A stretch of DNA of 64,000 bases from Minisyncoccota bacterium. Its GTDB lineage: Bacteria > Patescibacteriota > Minisyncoccia > Phycocordibacterales > Phycocordibacteraceae. Shown here piece after piece: positions 54,700 through 64,000 of the stretch. A program made the position numbers and the translations under genes. Location of the stretch: positions 221,830-285,829 of the forward strand of contig JALHOO010000001.1 in NCBI GenBank assembly GCA_022842945.1, read 5' to 3'. Under the pieces are notes generated by a model. The model worked only from the letters and a program-made list of their open reading frames with translations, was not told where the DNA came from and ran no database searches. Position 1 is the first letter of the stretch; each line of letters begins with the position of its first letter.

Positions 54700-56457
54700 T
54701 TATTTGATGAGCTTCTCAAGGCGAGCTACGTCGCGCTCTATAGACTTGAGTCCCTCAAGGAAGATGTCTGGTTTCTTCGTGTTTAGGCCACACGTTTTGA
54801 AGATATCTTCAGGCGACATGCTTTCACCCGCAGAAAGGAATCCGTCTACTTTCTTGATGTAATTTGGGTCCTTTTCAAGCTTCGCGTGGAGCCCCTTGCT
54901 TATAAGCTGTCCGTACGCGTAGGAGTACACGTAGAAGAACCTCCTGATATGGCTCCAGTTAACGAAGAAATACCCGTCTCCCCGCTTCAGGGTAAACGCA
55001 GGACCAAGATAGGACTGCATGTGCTCGTTCATAAGGTCTGCAATGCGCTCCTTTGATACATACCCCTCCTTTCGTATAAGCGCGTGTAGGGAGCGCTCAA
55101 AGCTAAAGCAGGCAATTTGTCGGAACACCGTACTTACGTCGTCCTGGATAACGTTATGCAGTGCGATTATCTGTTCATCTGCAGGAAGGCTTGCAACGAG
55201 TCGCTTCAATGCTGCGTACTCGAAGAATGTGCTCGCTGTCTCTGCGGTTGAGATTGGGTGTCCTTGGTACAGAGGACGCTGATCCTTTGCGCGCTCTGCA
55301 TGAACGGCATGCCCCATCTCGTGCGCAAGTGTCTTAAGAGACTCAAACGTATCTGTGTGGTTAAGAAGCACGAACGTCGGCACATTCTGGCCACTTGAAC
55401 AGTACGCACCGCCTGACTTCCCCTTCTTTGGGTATACATCTACCTGGCCGTTGGCGAGCAAACGATCAAAAATGGCTCCGTAGCTAGGATCTAGCTCAAC
55501 AAACACTTCGCGCACAATTTCTACTGCCTTCTCAAAAGAGATCTTTGTCTTTAATTCGCCAACTGAGGCGCTCCTATCTGCATACGTAAGGGTATCGAGT
55601 TTGAGTAGCTTGCGCTTCGCCTCATAGAAGCGGTGTGATATTTTCTTACTCTTTTCAACCGCATCGACGAGCGCAAGCACGCTCTTAACATCGTTCTGGT
55701 ACCCGCGAATAGTTGCCTCGTACGGCTCTTTCATGCCACGCAACTCGTCCTCAATCTTCTTGTCGGTATAGATAGCATTTATCTCTCCCTCAGCTACATC
55801 CGCTACGCTTTCATATGCTTCGTTCAAGAGTTGGCCGAGCTTCTGGCGCTTGGCGGTTGGCAGGTTCGCCATGATACCGCCTGCTTCAGGAAGCGGTAGA
55901 GTCTTTCCGTCAAACTCAACAACCTTCTTGTTGAGTACATTATCTGTTAGCTGAACCCATCGGCCATGCGACACATCATCCTTGAGCGAAAGGATTTTCT
56001 CTTCAGGCTCTGAAAGATCGTATCGTGCGTTCTCGAACACCTGAGCAAGCCAATAACGGAAAGGTGCGAGTACTGGAGCCGCAAGAAATGCTTTTTGCTT
56101 CTCGGAAGGGATCTTTCCAAGCTCGAGTGCGAAGAAAAGAAGCTTGTTGCCACGCTTCGTTGAACGATCCTCAAGACGCGCTGCGAGTGCCTCTGCTTCT
56201 TTGTCCTCTACGTTCAAGTCCTTTCTAAAGTACACGTAATAGCTGGCCTTGGCTGCCGGCATGCCAATGAGTGCCTCGTATGCTGTGAGCGCTTCGGCAA
56301 GAGCTTTTGCATTCTTCAAGTGACGCTTGTCCTCGGTGTACTTCTTAGCAAATGCAGATACCGCCTTGTCTGCATCTTTCTGATCCTTTTCGATTGCAGG
56401 GTCAGTGGCAGAGGAGTAAAAGACGGAGAGGTCCCATTGGGTTTTAAGTGCAGTCAT
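54700..56457 (-). CDS. pepF: oligoendopeptidase F (M3B)
   Basis: HEMGH zinc-binding motif (LAHEMGHAVHAE). Confidence 0.8.
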   Translation of the reverse strand: MTALKTQWDLSVFYSSATDPAIEKDQKDADKAVSAFAKKYTEDKRHLKNAKALAEALTAYEALIGMPAAKASYYVYFRKDLNVEDKEAEALAARLEDRSTKRGNKLLFFALELGKIPSEKQKAFLAAPVLAPFRYWLAQVFENARYDLSEPEEKILSLKDDVSHGRWVQLTDNVLNKKVVEFDGKTLPLPEAGGIMANLPTAKRQKLGQLLNEAYESVADVAEGEINAIYTDKKIEDELRGMKEPYEATIRGYQNDVKSVLALVDAVEKSKKISHRFYEAKRKLLKLDTLTYADRSASVGELKTKISFEKAVEIVREVFVELDPSYGAIFDRLLANGQVDVYPKKGKSGGAYCSSGQNVPTFVLLNHTDTFESLKTLAHEMGHAVHAERAKDQRPLYQGHPISTAETASTFFEYAALKRLVASLPADEQIIALHNVIQDDVSTVFRQIACFSFERSLHALIRKEGYVSKERIADLMNEHMQSYLGPAFTLKRGDGYFFVNWSHIRRFFYVYSYAYGQLISKGLHAKLEKDPNYIKKVDGFLSAGESMSPEDIFKTCGLNTKKPDIFLEGLKSIERDVARLEKLIK

Positions 56458-56521
56458 ATAAAGACAATACCAATTTAGAGGGGATGGTGTCTAATTGCTC
56501 TTTTGTGAGGTGTGTCCAAAC

Positions 56522-57196
56522 CTACATCCACTCAATACCCTTCTTCTCCTTCATCTCGAGATACTCATTCGTCTTGCTAAACGGCCTCGAGCCAAAGAAC
56601 CCGCTGTGTGCTGAAAACGGTGAAGGATGCGGAGACTCAATAACCAGGTGTTTTGTACGATCAATATGTATCCCTTTCGTACGGGCGTAGGTGCCCCACA
56701 ATATGAATACAAGGTTCTCCCGCTCCTCTGAAAGGACTTTCATAACCGCGTCTGTAAACTGTTCCCACCCTTTCTTCTGGTGCGAGCCAGGAGAGCCACT
56801 ACGCACCGTAAGGGTGGCATTTAGAAGAAGCACCCCTTGTTGTGCCCAGCGGGTAAGGTCCCCGTCCCTATGCTCAAGGGGTTCTCCAAGATCGCTCTCT
56901 AATTCCTTGTAGATATTGCGTAGGGAAGGCGGAAGGGTTGTTCCAGACTCAACAGAGAACGAAAGACCTACAGCCTGACCTGCTCCATGGTATGGATCCT
57001 GTCCAAGAATAACTACCTTAACTGCATCAAAGGGTGTGAGCTCAAATGCACGGAATATGTTCTTTGACTCCGGGTACACTGTAGACTCTGCATACTCCTT
57101 TTCAACAAAGGCTGCGAGCTCTGCAAAGTATGGTCTGCCTAACTCCCCTGCGAGCTTTGCCTTCCAGGATGGTTCAAGTGCAGTATCCATACGCAC
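56522..57196 (-). CDS. ung: uracil-DNA glycosylase (family 1)
   Basis: Water-activating loop GQDPYH and HPSPFSAH motif. Confidence 0.85.
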   Translation of the reverse strand: MRMDTALEPSWKAKLAGELGRPYFAELAAFVEKEYAESTVYPESKNIFRAFELTPFDAVKVVILGQDPYHGAGQAVGLSFSVESGTTLPPSLRNIYKELESDLGEPLEHRDGDLTRWAQQGVLLLNATLTVRSGSPGSHQKKGWEQFTDAVMKVLSEERENLVFILWGTYARTKGIHIDRTKHLVIESPHPSPFSAHSGFFGSRPFSKTNEYLEMKEKKGIEWM

Positions 57197-57198
57197 TG

Positions 57199-57981
57199 CT
57201 ACTTCTGGAGAGCCTTGTGCATGGCAAGCAGTTTCTTCCCTGCTGCTTCGCGGTAGGGACAGAACTCACATGCACTACCCGTTGGTGGTATGACGTCTGC
57301 ATCAAGTGTTTCCTTAATCTTAGGCAGGATCTCGTCAATCCACTCCGTATTTCCTTCGCACTCCACAACCGTAACTTCAAACTCAAGCTTCCCGTCAAAG
57401 GCCTGCTTGTCGTCATACGCGTTCGCGTAGACTAGGTACCCCATAGAAGACACCTCAAACCCATTCTGTCGCAATAGCCACTGATATACGCCCATTTGCC
57501 TGCGATACTGCTCGTTCCAGCTTGAGTCTCCAAGGGTCTCTATGGTGCCGGGTTTTGAGGTTGCCTTGTAGTCAACAACAATAAGCTCTCCTGAGGGCGC
57601 AACCCAAATGTCGTCAACAGCTCCTGAGATAACAAACCCCGTAGATGGGTGCGTGTACTCAACACCCTCGAAGTTCTCCCTCCAGGTATCCATCTTTGCG
57701 TGCACAAAAGGGACCGCATCAATGCCGTACTTCTCCATAAGTGGATGCGCGGTTGCTGCTGTGCGGTGCGCATCGAACTCTCTTTTGAAGAGTGCATCAA
57801 CTGCTTTGTTAAGCGTAAACTCTGGCATGCCAGGACGCTTGGTCCCTAGCTTGTTGTCTACATAAAAACACCGAGGACACTCAACGAAGTACTCAATCTT
57901 TGAGCGGGATAGGCGCCATTTCTTTCCGCCATAGTTCCAGTCTGCGCCTCGGTTTGGGTTGTATCGTTTGAAATCGCTCAT
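57199..57981 (-). CDS. PD-(D/E)XK nuclease superfamily protein with Cys cluster (Cas4/RecB-nuclease-like)
   Basis: N-terminal CPRCFY and C-terminal CEFCPY Cys pairs flank a core with D...(I/V)VDYK, a Cas4-like architecture. Start taken at MSDFKRY, 1 nt after the upstream stop. Confidence 0.5.
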   Translation of the reverse strand: MSDFKRYNPNRGADWNYGGKKWRLSRSKIEYFVECPRCFYVDNKLGTKRPGMPEFTLNKAVDALFKREFDAHRTAATAHPLMEKYGIDAVPFVHAKMDTWRENFEGVEYTHPSTGFVISGAVDDIWVAPSGELIVVDYKATSKPGTIETLGDSSWNEQYRRQMGVYQWLLRQNGFEVSSMGYLVYANAYDDKQAFDGKLEFEVTVVECEGNTEWIDEILPKIKETLDADVIPPTGSACEFCPYREAAGKKLLAMHKALQK

Positions 57982-57982
57982 A

Positions 57983-58816
57983 TTAGTCTTTCTCGCACAG
58001 GGTATTAGCTTCCGCAACAACCGTGCCTATGCGCTCAGGCGTAAGGCCAACAGTACGGAGTACATCCCGGTGTTCACGAACCTGGTCGCAGGTAACAATA
58101 CCCTTATCAATAAGAAGTCGCTTCTCTGCCTTCTTTAAGGTGGTGAGTGCGGTAACCGGGAACAATGCGTTGGCAATCATGCGGTCATAGAGATTGCCGG
58201 TGTGCGGATAGCTCCATCCAAGAAGTCCCATACCCGCACAGGTAGCGTAGTCTATGGCTTGCTTCGTGAACTTGGTGTTCGTAATAAGAAAACCCACATC
58301 AACCGGACAGGTCTTAGCATCCTCCTCTTTGCACTGCCAAATATCGTCAAAGCGCGCCTTAACATAGAGCGCCACTTTCACGTCCGTCTTGTATCCAGGG
58401 GTATTGTGATACTTAAGTTCGGCCGCAAGGTGTTCGTTACCTCTAGACGCATACACATCCACCTCGTGCGGTACACACTTCCCAGGAATCATGCGGCGTC
58501 CTTCAACTGTCCAGCCTTCTTTCTTGAATAGCTCAGCAACAAAGTCCTCGAACGGATGTCCGGACGGACCAAGATCGAACAACGCACGGCGAAGGCTGTA
58601 CCGAGCCGCTGCAGGACGTGCGTCTTGCCGCAGCATCTGAAACGCACGCTTATAAATGTCAGAGCTCTCGGCTAGCGGACCCATGGACGCTTCGATAGTG
58701 TGGCGAATGCGTTCTGCGGTTGCGTCTGTTGCACCTGCACGACGCAGCGACGCTTCGAGCTTCGTTCCCTCGAACATTTCTACACTCCCATCAGCTTTGA
58801 TGATTTCAGGCTTCAT
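57983..58816 (-). CDS. ATP-cone domain fused to Mrr-like restriction-endonuclease (PD-(D/E)XK) domain
   Basis: N-terminal ATP-cone-like region (IIKADGSVEMFEGTKLEASLRRAG) and a C-terminal VDVY...ELKYH nuclease-like core. Confidence 0.45.
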   Translation of the reverse strand: MKPEIIKADGSVEMFEGTKLEASLRRAGATDATAERIRHTIEASMGPLAESSDIYKRAFQMLRQDARPAAARYSLRRALFDLGPSGHPFEDFVAELFKKEGWTVEGRRMIPGKCVPHEVDVYASRGNEHLAAELKYHNTPGYKTDVKVALYVKARFDDIWQCKEEDAKTCPVDVGFLITNTKFTKQAIDYATCAGMGLLGWSYPHTGNLYDRMIANALFPVTALTTLKKAEKRLLIDKGIVTCDQVREHRDVLRTVGLTPERIGTVVAEANTLCEKD

Positions 58817-58840
58817 TTGCCCTCATCATAGCATCCCGCT

Positions 58841-59875
58841 CTAGGACACTATCCCGCCGCCAAGCACTTGGTCTTCTTGATACAGCACGAGAGATTGTCC
58901 GGGAGCTAAAGGTTCTGGAAGTGTTTCTGAAGGCGTGAACGTGGTTCTGCTTGTGCTGAGTACCCCCTCTACAAAAGGACCGTGGTACCGAAACTGAGCG
59001 GAAACAGTCTCTTCTATAGGTTCAGCGGTAAACCAATTGGTCTCCGTGAGATGTATAGCTTCGGCTGTTCCGCCTTCCAGACGTTCCTTAGACACCACGA
59101 GAACATTCTTCTCGATATCCTTCCTACGCACATACCAAGGACCCGGTGCCGCACGCTGAAGCGCGATACGTTCGCCAAGCGTGTGCAAAAGTGCTCCTTC
59201 ATGTCGCCCTACAATATTCCCTGCGTCGTCAATTGCGTCTCCCGCTTCGCACCCAAACTCGCTCTTCAAAAAATCATCTACGGAAATACTTCCCAAGAAA
59301 CATATGCCTTGGCTGTCCCGCTTTGTTGCGTTTGGAAGATGATACTTCTCTGCCAATCTGCGCGTTGCTTCTTTATGTATAGCTCCTAGCGGAAACAGCG
59401 TCTTTGAAAGAGCTTCCTTCGGTACCGCCCAGAGAAAGTAGCTTTGATCCTTGCCCGCATCAATTCCCTTCAGAAGACTTCCATTCCTTGTCTGTGCGTA
59501 GTGTCCAGTTGCTATGAGATCCGCACCCTTTAATAGAGCGTAGCGATAGAAGGCACCGAACTTAACCTCTCGGTTACACATAACGTCCGGGTTTGGTGTT
59601 CTGCCAGCTTTGTATTCAGAAAGCAGGTAGTCTATAACACCTTGCTTGTACTCGCTCGACGCATCAAGTGTCGTAAAAGGAACACCGAGCCTCGCAGCTA
59701 CACGCATCGCATCCTTGCGATCCTCTGCCCACGCGCAGGGCATGCCTGGCGGGTACCAGCCTTTAATAAACACACCAAATACATCTGCCCCTGCTTCCTT
59801 AAGAAGTGCTGCGGTTACTCCAGAATCAACGCCTCCAGAGAGACCTACAAATACACGCTTTCCTTTCACGTTCAT
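58841..59875 (-). CDS. mnmA: tRNA-specific 2-thiouridylase MnmA
   Basis: PP-loop (VGLSGGVDSGV) and catalytic Cys residues. Confidence 0.85.
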   Translation of the reverse strand: MNVKGKRVFVGLSGGVDSGVTAALLKEAGADVFGVFIKGWYPPGMPCAWAEDRKDAMRVAARLGVPFTTLDASSEYKQGVIDYLLSEYKAGRTPNPDVMCNREVKFGAFYRYALLKGADLIATGHYAQTRNGSLLKGIDAGKDQSYFLWAVPKEALSKTLFPLGAIHKEATRRLAEKYHLPNATKRDSQGICFLGSISVDDFLKSEFGCEAGDAIDDAGNIVGRHEGALLHTLGERIALQRAAPGPWYVRRKDIEKNVLVVSKERLEGGTAEAIHLTETNWFTAEPIEETVSAQFRYHGPFVEGVLSTSRTTFTPSETLPEPLAPGQSLVLYQEDQVLGGGIVS

Positions 59876-59999
59876 GCTGAAGGTATACCACGATTACGGA
59901 CACGGCAGTGCACTCAAGACATTACTTTGGTAGCTTCTACAATGTGTGGTAGGTTCTGTCTAGATCTGAAATGCAACCACAGAAATAGAGAGACCGGTA

Positions 60000-61061
60000 A
60001 TGCAACACACAGATGATCTTTTCAATCCAATGCATCGGTTTGTAGATACAGCATGCCTCCGGGCAGCGTATCTACAGTATGAGGAAAGCAGGAATCCGGG
60101 AGCCCAAAACTTCGTTACGCTTCCCGAAGGTGGGATGGAGCTCGGTATTGTATCGAGTGAAGACCCTAGAATCGCACGTGCGATCTCGTCTTTGCTTACA
60201 CGATCACTTGAAGGAGCGCGGTGCGACAAAGGTGGCCATCTGCCACCTGAAGTTGTAACGCGTGTACAGCGAGACATCATTTCACCCGAAGGCGTTTCGA
60301 CACTTTGGGGTATCGCCGGACACCGCTTTGTGCTCGCTCGCAGGCACGACGTGCACACGCACGAGATTCTCGCGACTATCCTCGTTGGAAGAAGCAAGGA
60401 CACCATCTTCTTCTTCACTGGCCGATACAACAACTTACGGTATTCAACGATTGCCGAGGATGTTGATTTCGATCAGCCTGACCAGGACAATTCTGCCCAT
60501 AAATGGTTCGACCGATTCGCGTTTCCGAGCCCTGAACGGTTCAAGCCGGATCGGTTCCATCACATCGCGAACTTTGTCGTTAGTCCCGAGCATCGTAGCG
60601 GAGGACTGGCATCACTTTTTCTTCGAAGTATCGTCCGTTACTACAGTAGGGATGTTCTCGACAGCAATGGTTACCCTATCATCCACTCGCAGTACTTGTT
60701 GTGTGGCCGTGGACTATGGCAGATAGGAGACCCGCCATGGTTGGCTCGAATGAAGAAGCTTGGCTTTTACCGTCGTTGGGGCGCTGAAAGCTTCTTCATA
60801 GAACATAACTGGGCGCCACTCCCTGTTGTTGTTATGCAGGGGAAACAGATTGATAACGTGGCGTATAACCGTATGTACGACATGCCTACCTGCTACGGAA
60901 TCGATCAAATCCCACATGCCTCTAACGAGCATCTGCTCGAGCGTATCCCGGAGGTTATGCGTCTTGCGCTTGATCCGAGGGCAAAGCTTCAATATTTCCA
61001 AGCCATGTTCGACTTTATGCCGGATGTGGAGAAAGGAGACCGCCATGACGACATGGAGTAG
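60000..61061 (+). CDS. hypothetical protein, possible GNAT-like acetyltransferase fold
   Basis: HIANFVVSPEHRSGGLASLFL resembles GNAT motif A; weak call. Confidence 0.35.
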   Translation: MQHTDDLFNPMHRFVDTACLRAAYLQYEESRNPGAQNFVTLPEGGMELGIVSSEDPRIARAISSLLTRSLEGARCDKGGHLPPEVVTRVQRDIISPEGVSTLWGIAGHRFVLARRHDVHTHEILATILVGRSKDTIFFFTGRYNNLRYSTIAEDVDFDQPDQDNSAHKWFDRFAFPSPERFKPDRFHHIANFVVSPEHRSGGLASLFLRSIVRYYSRDVLDSNGYPIIHSQYLLCGRGLWQIGDPPWLARMKKLGFYRRWGAESFFIEHNWAPLPVVVMQGKQIDNVAYNRMYDMPTCYGIDQIPHASNEHLLERIPEVMRLALDPRAKLQYFQAMFDFMPDVEKGDRHDDME

Positions 61062-61908
61062 AAAACCACACAGTATAGGCACTCAGAAAGTGGAGGAATT
61101 TACTGGCGAGGGTGCCTACCACGGTTCAACCAAGCAGAAACCAGTAACAGCACCTCTCCCTCGGGTTGAAACGGTAGCTGAGTCCAGACCCACGACTCTC
61201 GAGTTGCGCGTGCGGCAAGAGAGCTCGGAGATTCAAACTTTCGATGCCTACTTCCCAAACGCGTTTCGAGTTATAGAACAGCATCCTGTTCCCACACAAG
61301 AACAGGTGCGTGACGACGGCGTAACGTTCTGCTGGTGCCCCTTCGAAAAGGCGCTTACGTTGGCAGGTCCGCTAACGAGGAGTGTGCTTAACGGCATGCG
61401 TCCGGGCCTTTCGGGACGGAAGCGTCATGTCTACATCGATTCGAAGATCCAGCACTTCGAACCCGGTGATCTCCCTGTCGATAGCTGCCTTCGCCACGTT
61501 GATGGCACTATTGCGGTGCGTGACGAACGGGTGCGTCCCTTTGGAGCGTCCGTTCTGCACGACATGCGTGCCAGACTTGAGGGCCATGATCCGCCAACCT
61601 ACATGGCGTATCAATCCTCTGACCACTGTGCTACGGGCTTCCTAGCCGAGCCGCTACGCTTGAGGATGCCGGAGTTGATTCCTAACTTTGAAGATTTCGA
61701 CGGCATGGTTCGCAAAGGTGAGGTTCGTGAGATCGCACACCCTGCTGGCGCGATTGTCGCCTACGACGGGCTTACGGTGCATTGGGCTACTCCCGCAACC
61801 TCTTCTGGATGGAGGTTGTGGATACGATGTACGGAGACGGACGTTGAAATCGTCCCTAGCGCATCGGTCATCGATTGCTACGGGACAGTGTTTCGTCCTC
61901 AACGATAG
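61045..61908 (+). CDS. hypothetical protein (possible cupin/2OG-oxygenase-like)
   Basis: AAAGGAGA RBS then ATG; overlaps the end of the upstream ORF by 17 nt, so an operon pair. The ORF-track version starts at 60826. Confidence 0.35.
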   Translation: MTTWSRKPHSIGTQKVEEFTGEGAYHGSTKQKPVTAPLPRVETVAESRPTTLELRVRQESSEIQTFDAYFPNAFRVIEQHPVPTQEQVRDDGVTFCWCPFEKALTLAGPLTRSVLNGMRPGLSGRKRHVYIDSKIQHFEPGDLPVDSCLRHVDGTIAVRDERVRPFGASVLHDMRARLEGHDPPTYMAYQSSDHCATGFLAEPLRLRMPELIPNFEDFDGMVRKGEVREIAHPAGAIVAYDGLTVHWATPATSSGWRLWIRCTETDVEIVPSASVIDCYGTVFRPQR

Positions 61909-62014
61909 ACCAAAGACTTAACGACCCGATGCGTATACGTATCGGGTCGTTCTTTTTGCCATTCCCACCTATTTGTGACATAGTGCTTTTGGAAAACTTG
62001 GAAGGAGTGTCCAA

Positions 62015-62488
62015 ATGTGCACTGAATCAAAAGGCGATATAGATCGCGCAAGAACCGAAGAACAACGGGCTGCTTATGCGGGAACGATCGGACAAGGAGT
62101 CTGTCCATTCTGTGGAAAGACTGAGGACCTGCCGAAAGAAATCCGCGAACAGATACTTATTGAAGGCGTCTACTGGAGGGCCTGGCGCAATCCATTTCCC
62201 TATCCGGGCCATGCGGCGCACATTATTTTGGCGCCGATCCAACACTGGACGCAGCCAGGAGAAGGTCCGCCGGAGGCTGCGCAGGAATGGATGGAAATCA
62301 ATGTGCGCTTGATTCAGGAACTGGAACTTCCTGGTGGAGGAATTGTGATGCGGTTCGGGGGTCATGAACACAAGGGAGGGTCGATAACCCATCTGCACTC
62401 TCATATTCAGGTCCCCAACAGGAAAACCTTTTCCATCGCGGTCTTTTACGCAGACAATCAGCTTAAGGAGTTTCTCAGAACTACCTAA
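62015..62488 (+). CDS. HIT-family (histidine triad) nucleotide hydrolase/transferase-like protein
   Basis: HxHxHxx motif (THLHSHIQV) and CPFC Zn-binding motif. Confidence 0.55.
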   Translation: MCTESKGDIDRARTEEQRAAYAGTIGQGVCPFCGKTEDLPKEIREQILIEGVYWRAWRNPFPYPGHAAHIILAPIQHWTQPGEGPPEAAQEWMEINVRLIQELELPGGGIVMRFGGHEHKGGSITHLHSHIQVPNRKTFSIAVFYADNQLKEFLRTT

Positions 62489-62564
62489 CTGTTGTACATA
62501 CCATACTTCGAGGCCCGTCTCCTGTAAGGGAACGGGCCTTTCATGTATCAAGAAATGTTGAGAG

Positions 62565-63968
62565 CTACGTAGGAAGATTGCTTGGAGCCTCACTTGTTGT
62601 GGACTGAATACGTGGAAGACTTGGTGTCGTAACGCTGCTTGATGGGATGTGGTAGATGGTAGCGAGCTCCTCGATACTCATCACATTGTGCACGCCCACA
62701 TACGGCGCATGGAAGAATGCCCGTCTTCGATAGAACTCAAGAACACTGTGGTTTGCGTGCGCGGAGTGGTGTCCGTGCTTGTCCTCCCACGGGTAATCAT
62801 TGAAATGGTTAGACCACCTTCCGTCTGCCGGCATGAGTGAGTTGGCATTCTCTGAGTTAAACGGCTTGAAGATGTTCACGAGCACGCCACCCATAGTGCC
62901 GTACGCGGAATCTTTGGGCGCGCAGTAGATGCCGCGAATACCCACGTCATACGCTTGCTTGCCAGTGTTCTTCTCAATAGCCTCGATGCGGTTTGTCATT
63001 GCGCGCGTCGGGTTTGGGTAGCTTGTCGTTACGCGCTTCACACCACTTGCGTCCACATACTCATTCTCCACCTTATCCTCCTCGCGAAGCGCTGCAATAA
63101 CCTCCTTGGCTTCGTCCTTCCAGTTTCGCTTCTGGTCCGAACCATACTTCTCGCCCTTATGAATACGTACTACAAACTGGAGCCACAACTGCTCTTTCGG
63201 ACCCAACGATCCAAGAACTTCAAGCAGCTGCGCAAGCGGATCTACCTGTTCTTCAGGCTTCGCAACCTTGTCGAGACCGTAGTCTACATAGGTCTTCAAA
63301 GGATACGGATCGGGCTTGGTCTTTGTAAACTCAAAGGCCGTCATGGTGTAGGGCGCATGAGACGGATCGATGAGCCGGCTGTAGTCCATAGCTTCAATAA
63401 CCTCCACACCCGGATACTGCGCGTAAATGTAGCTCTCGAAAGGACGACGCCATCCTTCACGCATCCACACAAAGTAGTGTACCTGTCCGCCAATAGACGC
63501 TATCTCGTAGGAATACCAGGGTCGTGAACGGCCTTCGATAATGCGCTTGTACCAGGTCGTCTCACCTCCTCCGATATGCATACTGGAGAACACGGTCTCC
63601 ATCGCAAGCGGTGTCCTGCGAGTATCGCGTGGAAGCTTAATCTCAAGAAGAATCGTATCCTGCCTCTTAATGAAGGCAACACGGTTCGCATCTATGTAGC
63701 GCATTATGGTGAAGTGGAAGAGCACCACAGGCATCCAAAGTGGCGCCGCGAACAGAAGGAACTGGAAGTTCGTAACAGACTGCGCAGGAGCTACCACAAA
63801 GAACATAACAATCTCCGCAATGAAAGCGATGATGAGCGGCTTGAACGGCACCGCAGTACCGCCCTCGTTGTGCGCACCATGCATCCAATGCTGAATAGCC
63901 CCGAGTCCGGGAAGTCCGCCACCGTGTCCACCTGAAGACATATAGGTAAAGTATACCCGACAAAACAA
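62565..63968 (-). CDS. membrane protein, function unknown (likely start at about 63941)
   Basis: Several N-terminal TM helices plus a large soluble domain. Confidence 0.45.
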   Translation of the reverse strand: MFCRVYFTYMSSGGHGGGLPGLGAIQHWMHGAHNEGGTAVPFKPLIIAFIAEIVMFFVVAPAQSVTNFQFLLFAAPLWMPVVLFHFTIMRYIDANRVAFIKRQDTILLEIKLPRDTRRTPLAMETVFSSMHIGGGETTWYKRIIEGRSRPWYSYEIASIGGQVHYFVWMREGWRRPFESYIYAQYPGVEVIEAMDYSRLIDPSHAPYTMTAFEFTKTKPDPYPLKTYVDYGLDKVAKPEEQVDPLAQLLEVLGSLGPKEQLWLQFVVRIHKGEKYGSDQKRNWKDEAKEVIAALREEDKVENEYVDASGVKRVTTSYPNPTRAMTNRIEAIEKNTGKQAYDVGIRGIYCAPKDSAYGTMGGVLVNIFKPFNSENANSLMPADGRWSNHFNDYPWEDKHGHHSAHANHSVLEFYRRRAFFHAPYVGVHNVMSIEELATIYHIPSSSVTTPSLPRIQSTTSEAPSNLPT

Positions 63969-64000
63969 ACCGCCTCGCTGTTGCGAGGCGGTTTGTGTGT
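63961..64000. terminator. strong hairpin AAACCGCCTCGCtgttGCGAGGCGGTTT
   Basis: 12-bp perfect inverted repeat at the window edge; strand assignment ambiguous. Confidence 0.4.

Overview
The window is a gene-dense, mostly minus-strand stretch of housekeeping genes from a small-genome bacterium. I think a CPR/Patescibacteria-like lineage is possible, but that is inference only. Recognisable genes, in order: lexA, msrA, trhO, gltX, murG, ftsW, mraY, dacA-like, scpB, uppP, scpA, pepA, aspS/asnS, trpS, tRNA-Tyr, tyrS, a two-component sensor, lysS, an ABC exporter, dnaJ, dnaK, grpE, rpsI-rplM, rplQ-rpoA-rpsD-rpsK-rpsM-rpmJ-infA, an L,D-transpeptidase, alaS, pepF, ung, mnmA.

The standout feature is a family of about 28-nt direct repeats with consensus TTGCTGGCAGTCTGGGACGATGTTGGAAC. 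I call these A-type and count 15 copies, all in the same orientation. There is also a shorter variant, TTGCTGGCAGAC[C/T]AGGTATCGAAC, which I call B-type, with 4 copies. Together they delimit four arrays of small self-contained gene cassettes, each with its own promoter, RBS, small ORF and terminator.

Each array sits immediately downstream of the TAG stop codon of a conserved minus-strand gene: lexA, an M23 peptidase, mraY or alaS. The B-type repeat lies at that junction and the A-type repeats lie between cassettes. This looks like a site-specific cassette-integration system, integron-like or tandem att-site insertion. No recombinase gene is visible in the window.

Other notable items:
- a free-standing LAGLIDADG homing-endonuclease gene wedged between tRNA-Tyr and tyrS;
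- three high-GC islets of about 60-65% GC in a roughly 50% GC background: one next to tRNA-Tyr, one between dnaJ and dnaK, one between a cupin gene and rpsI;
- an ATP-cone/Mrr-like nuclease, a Cas4-like PD-(D/E)XK nuclease and Ung in one operon.

Repeat coordinates are hand-counted and may be off by 1-2 nt.
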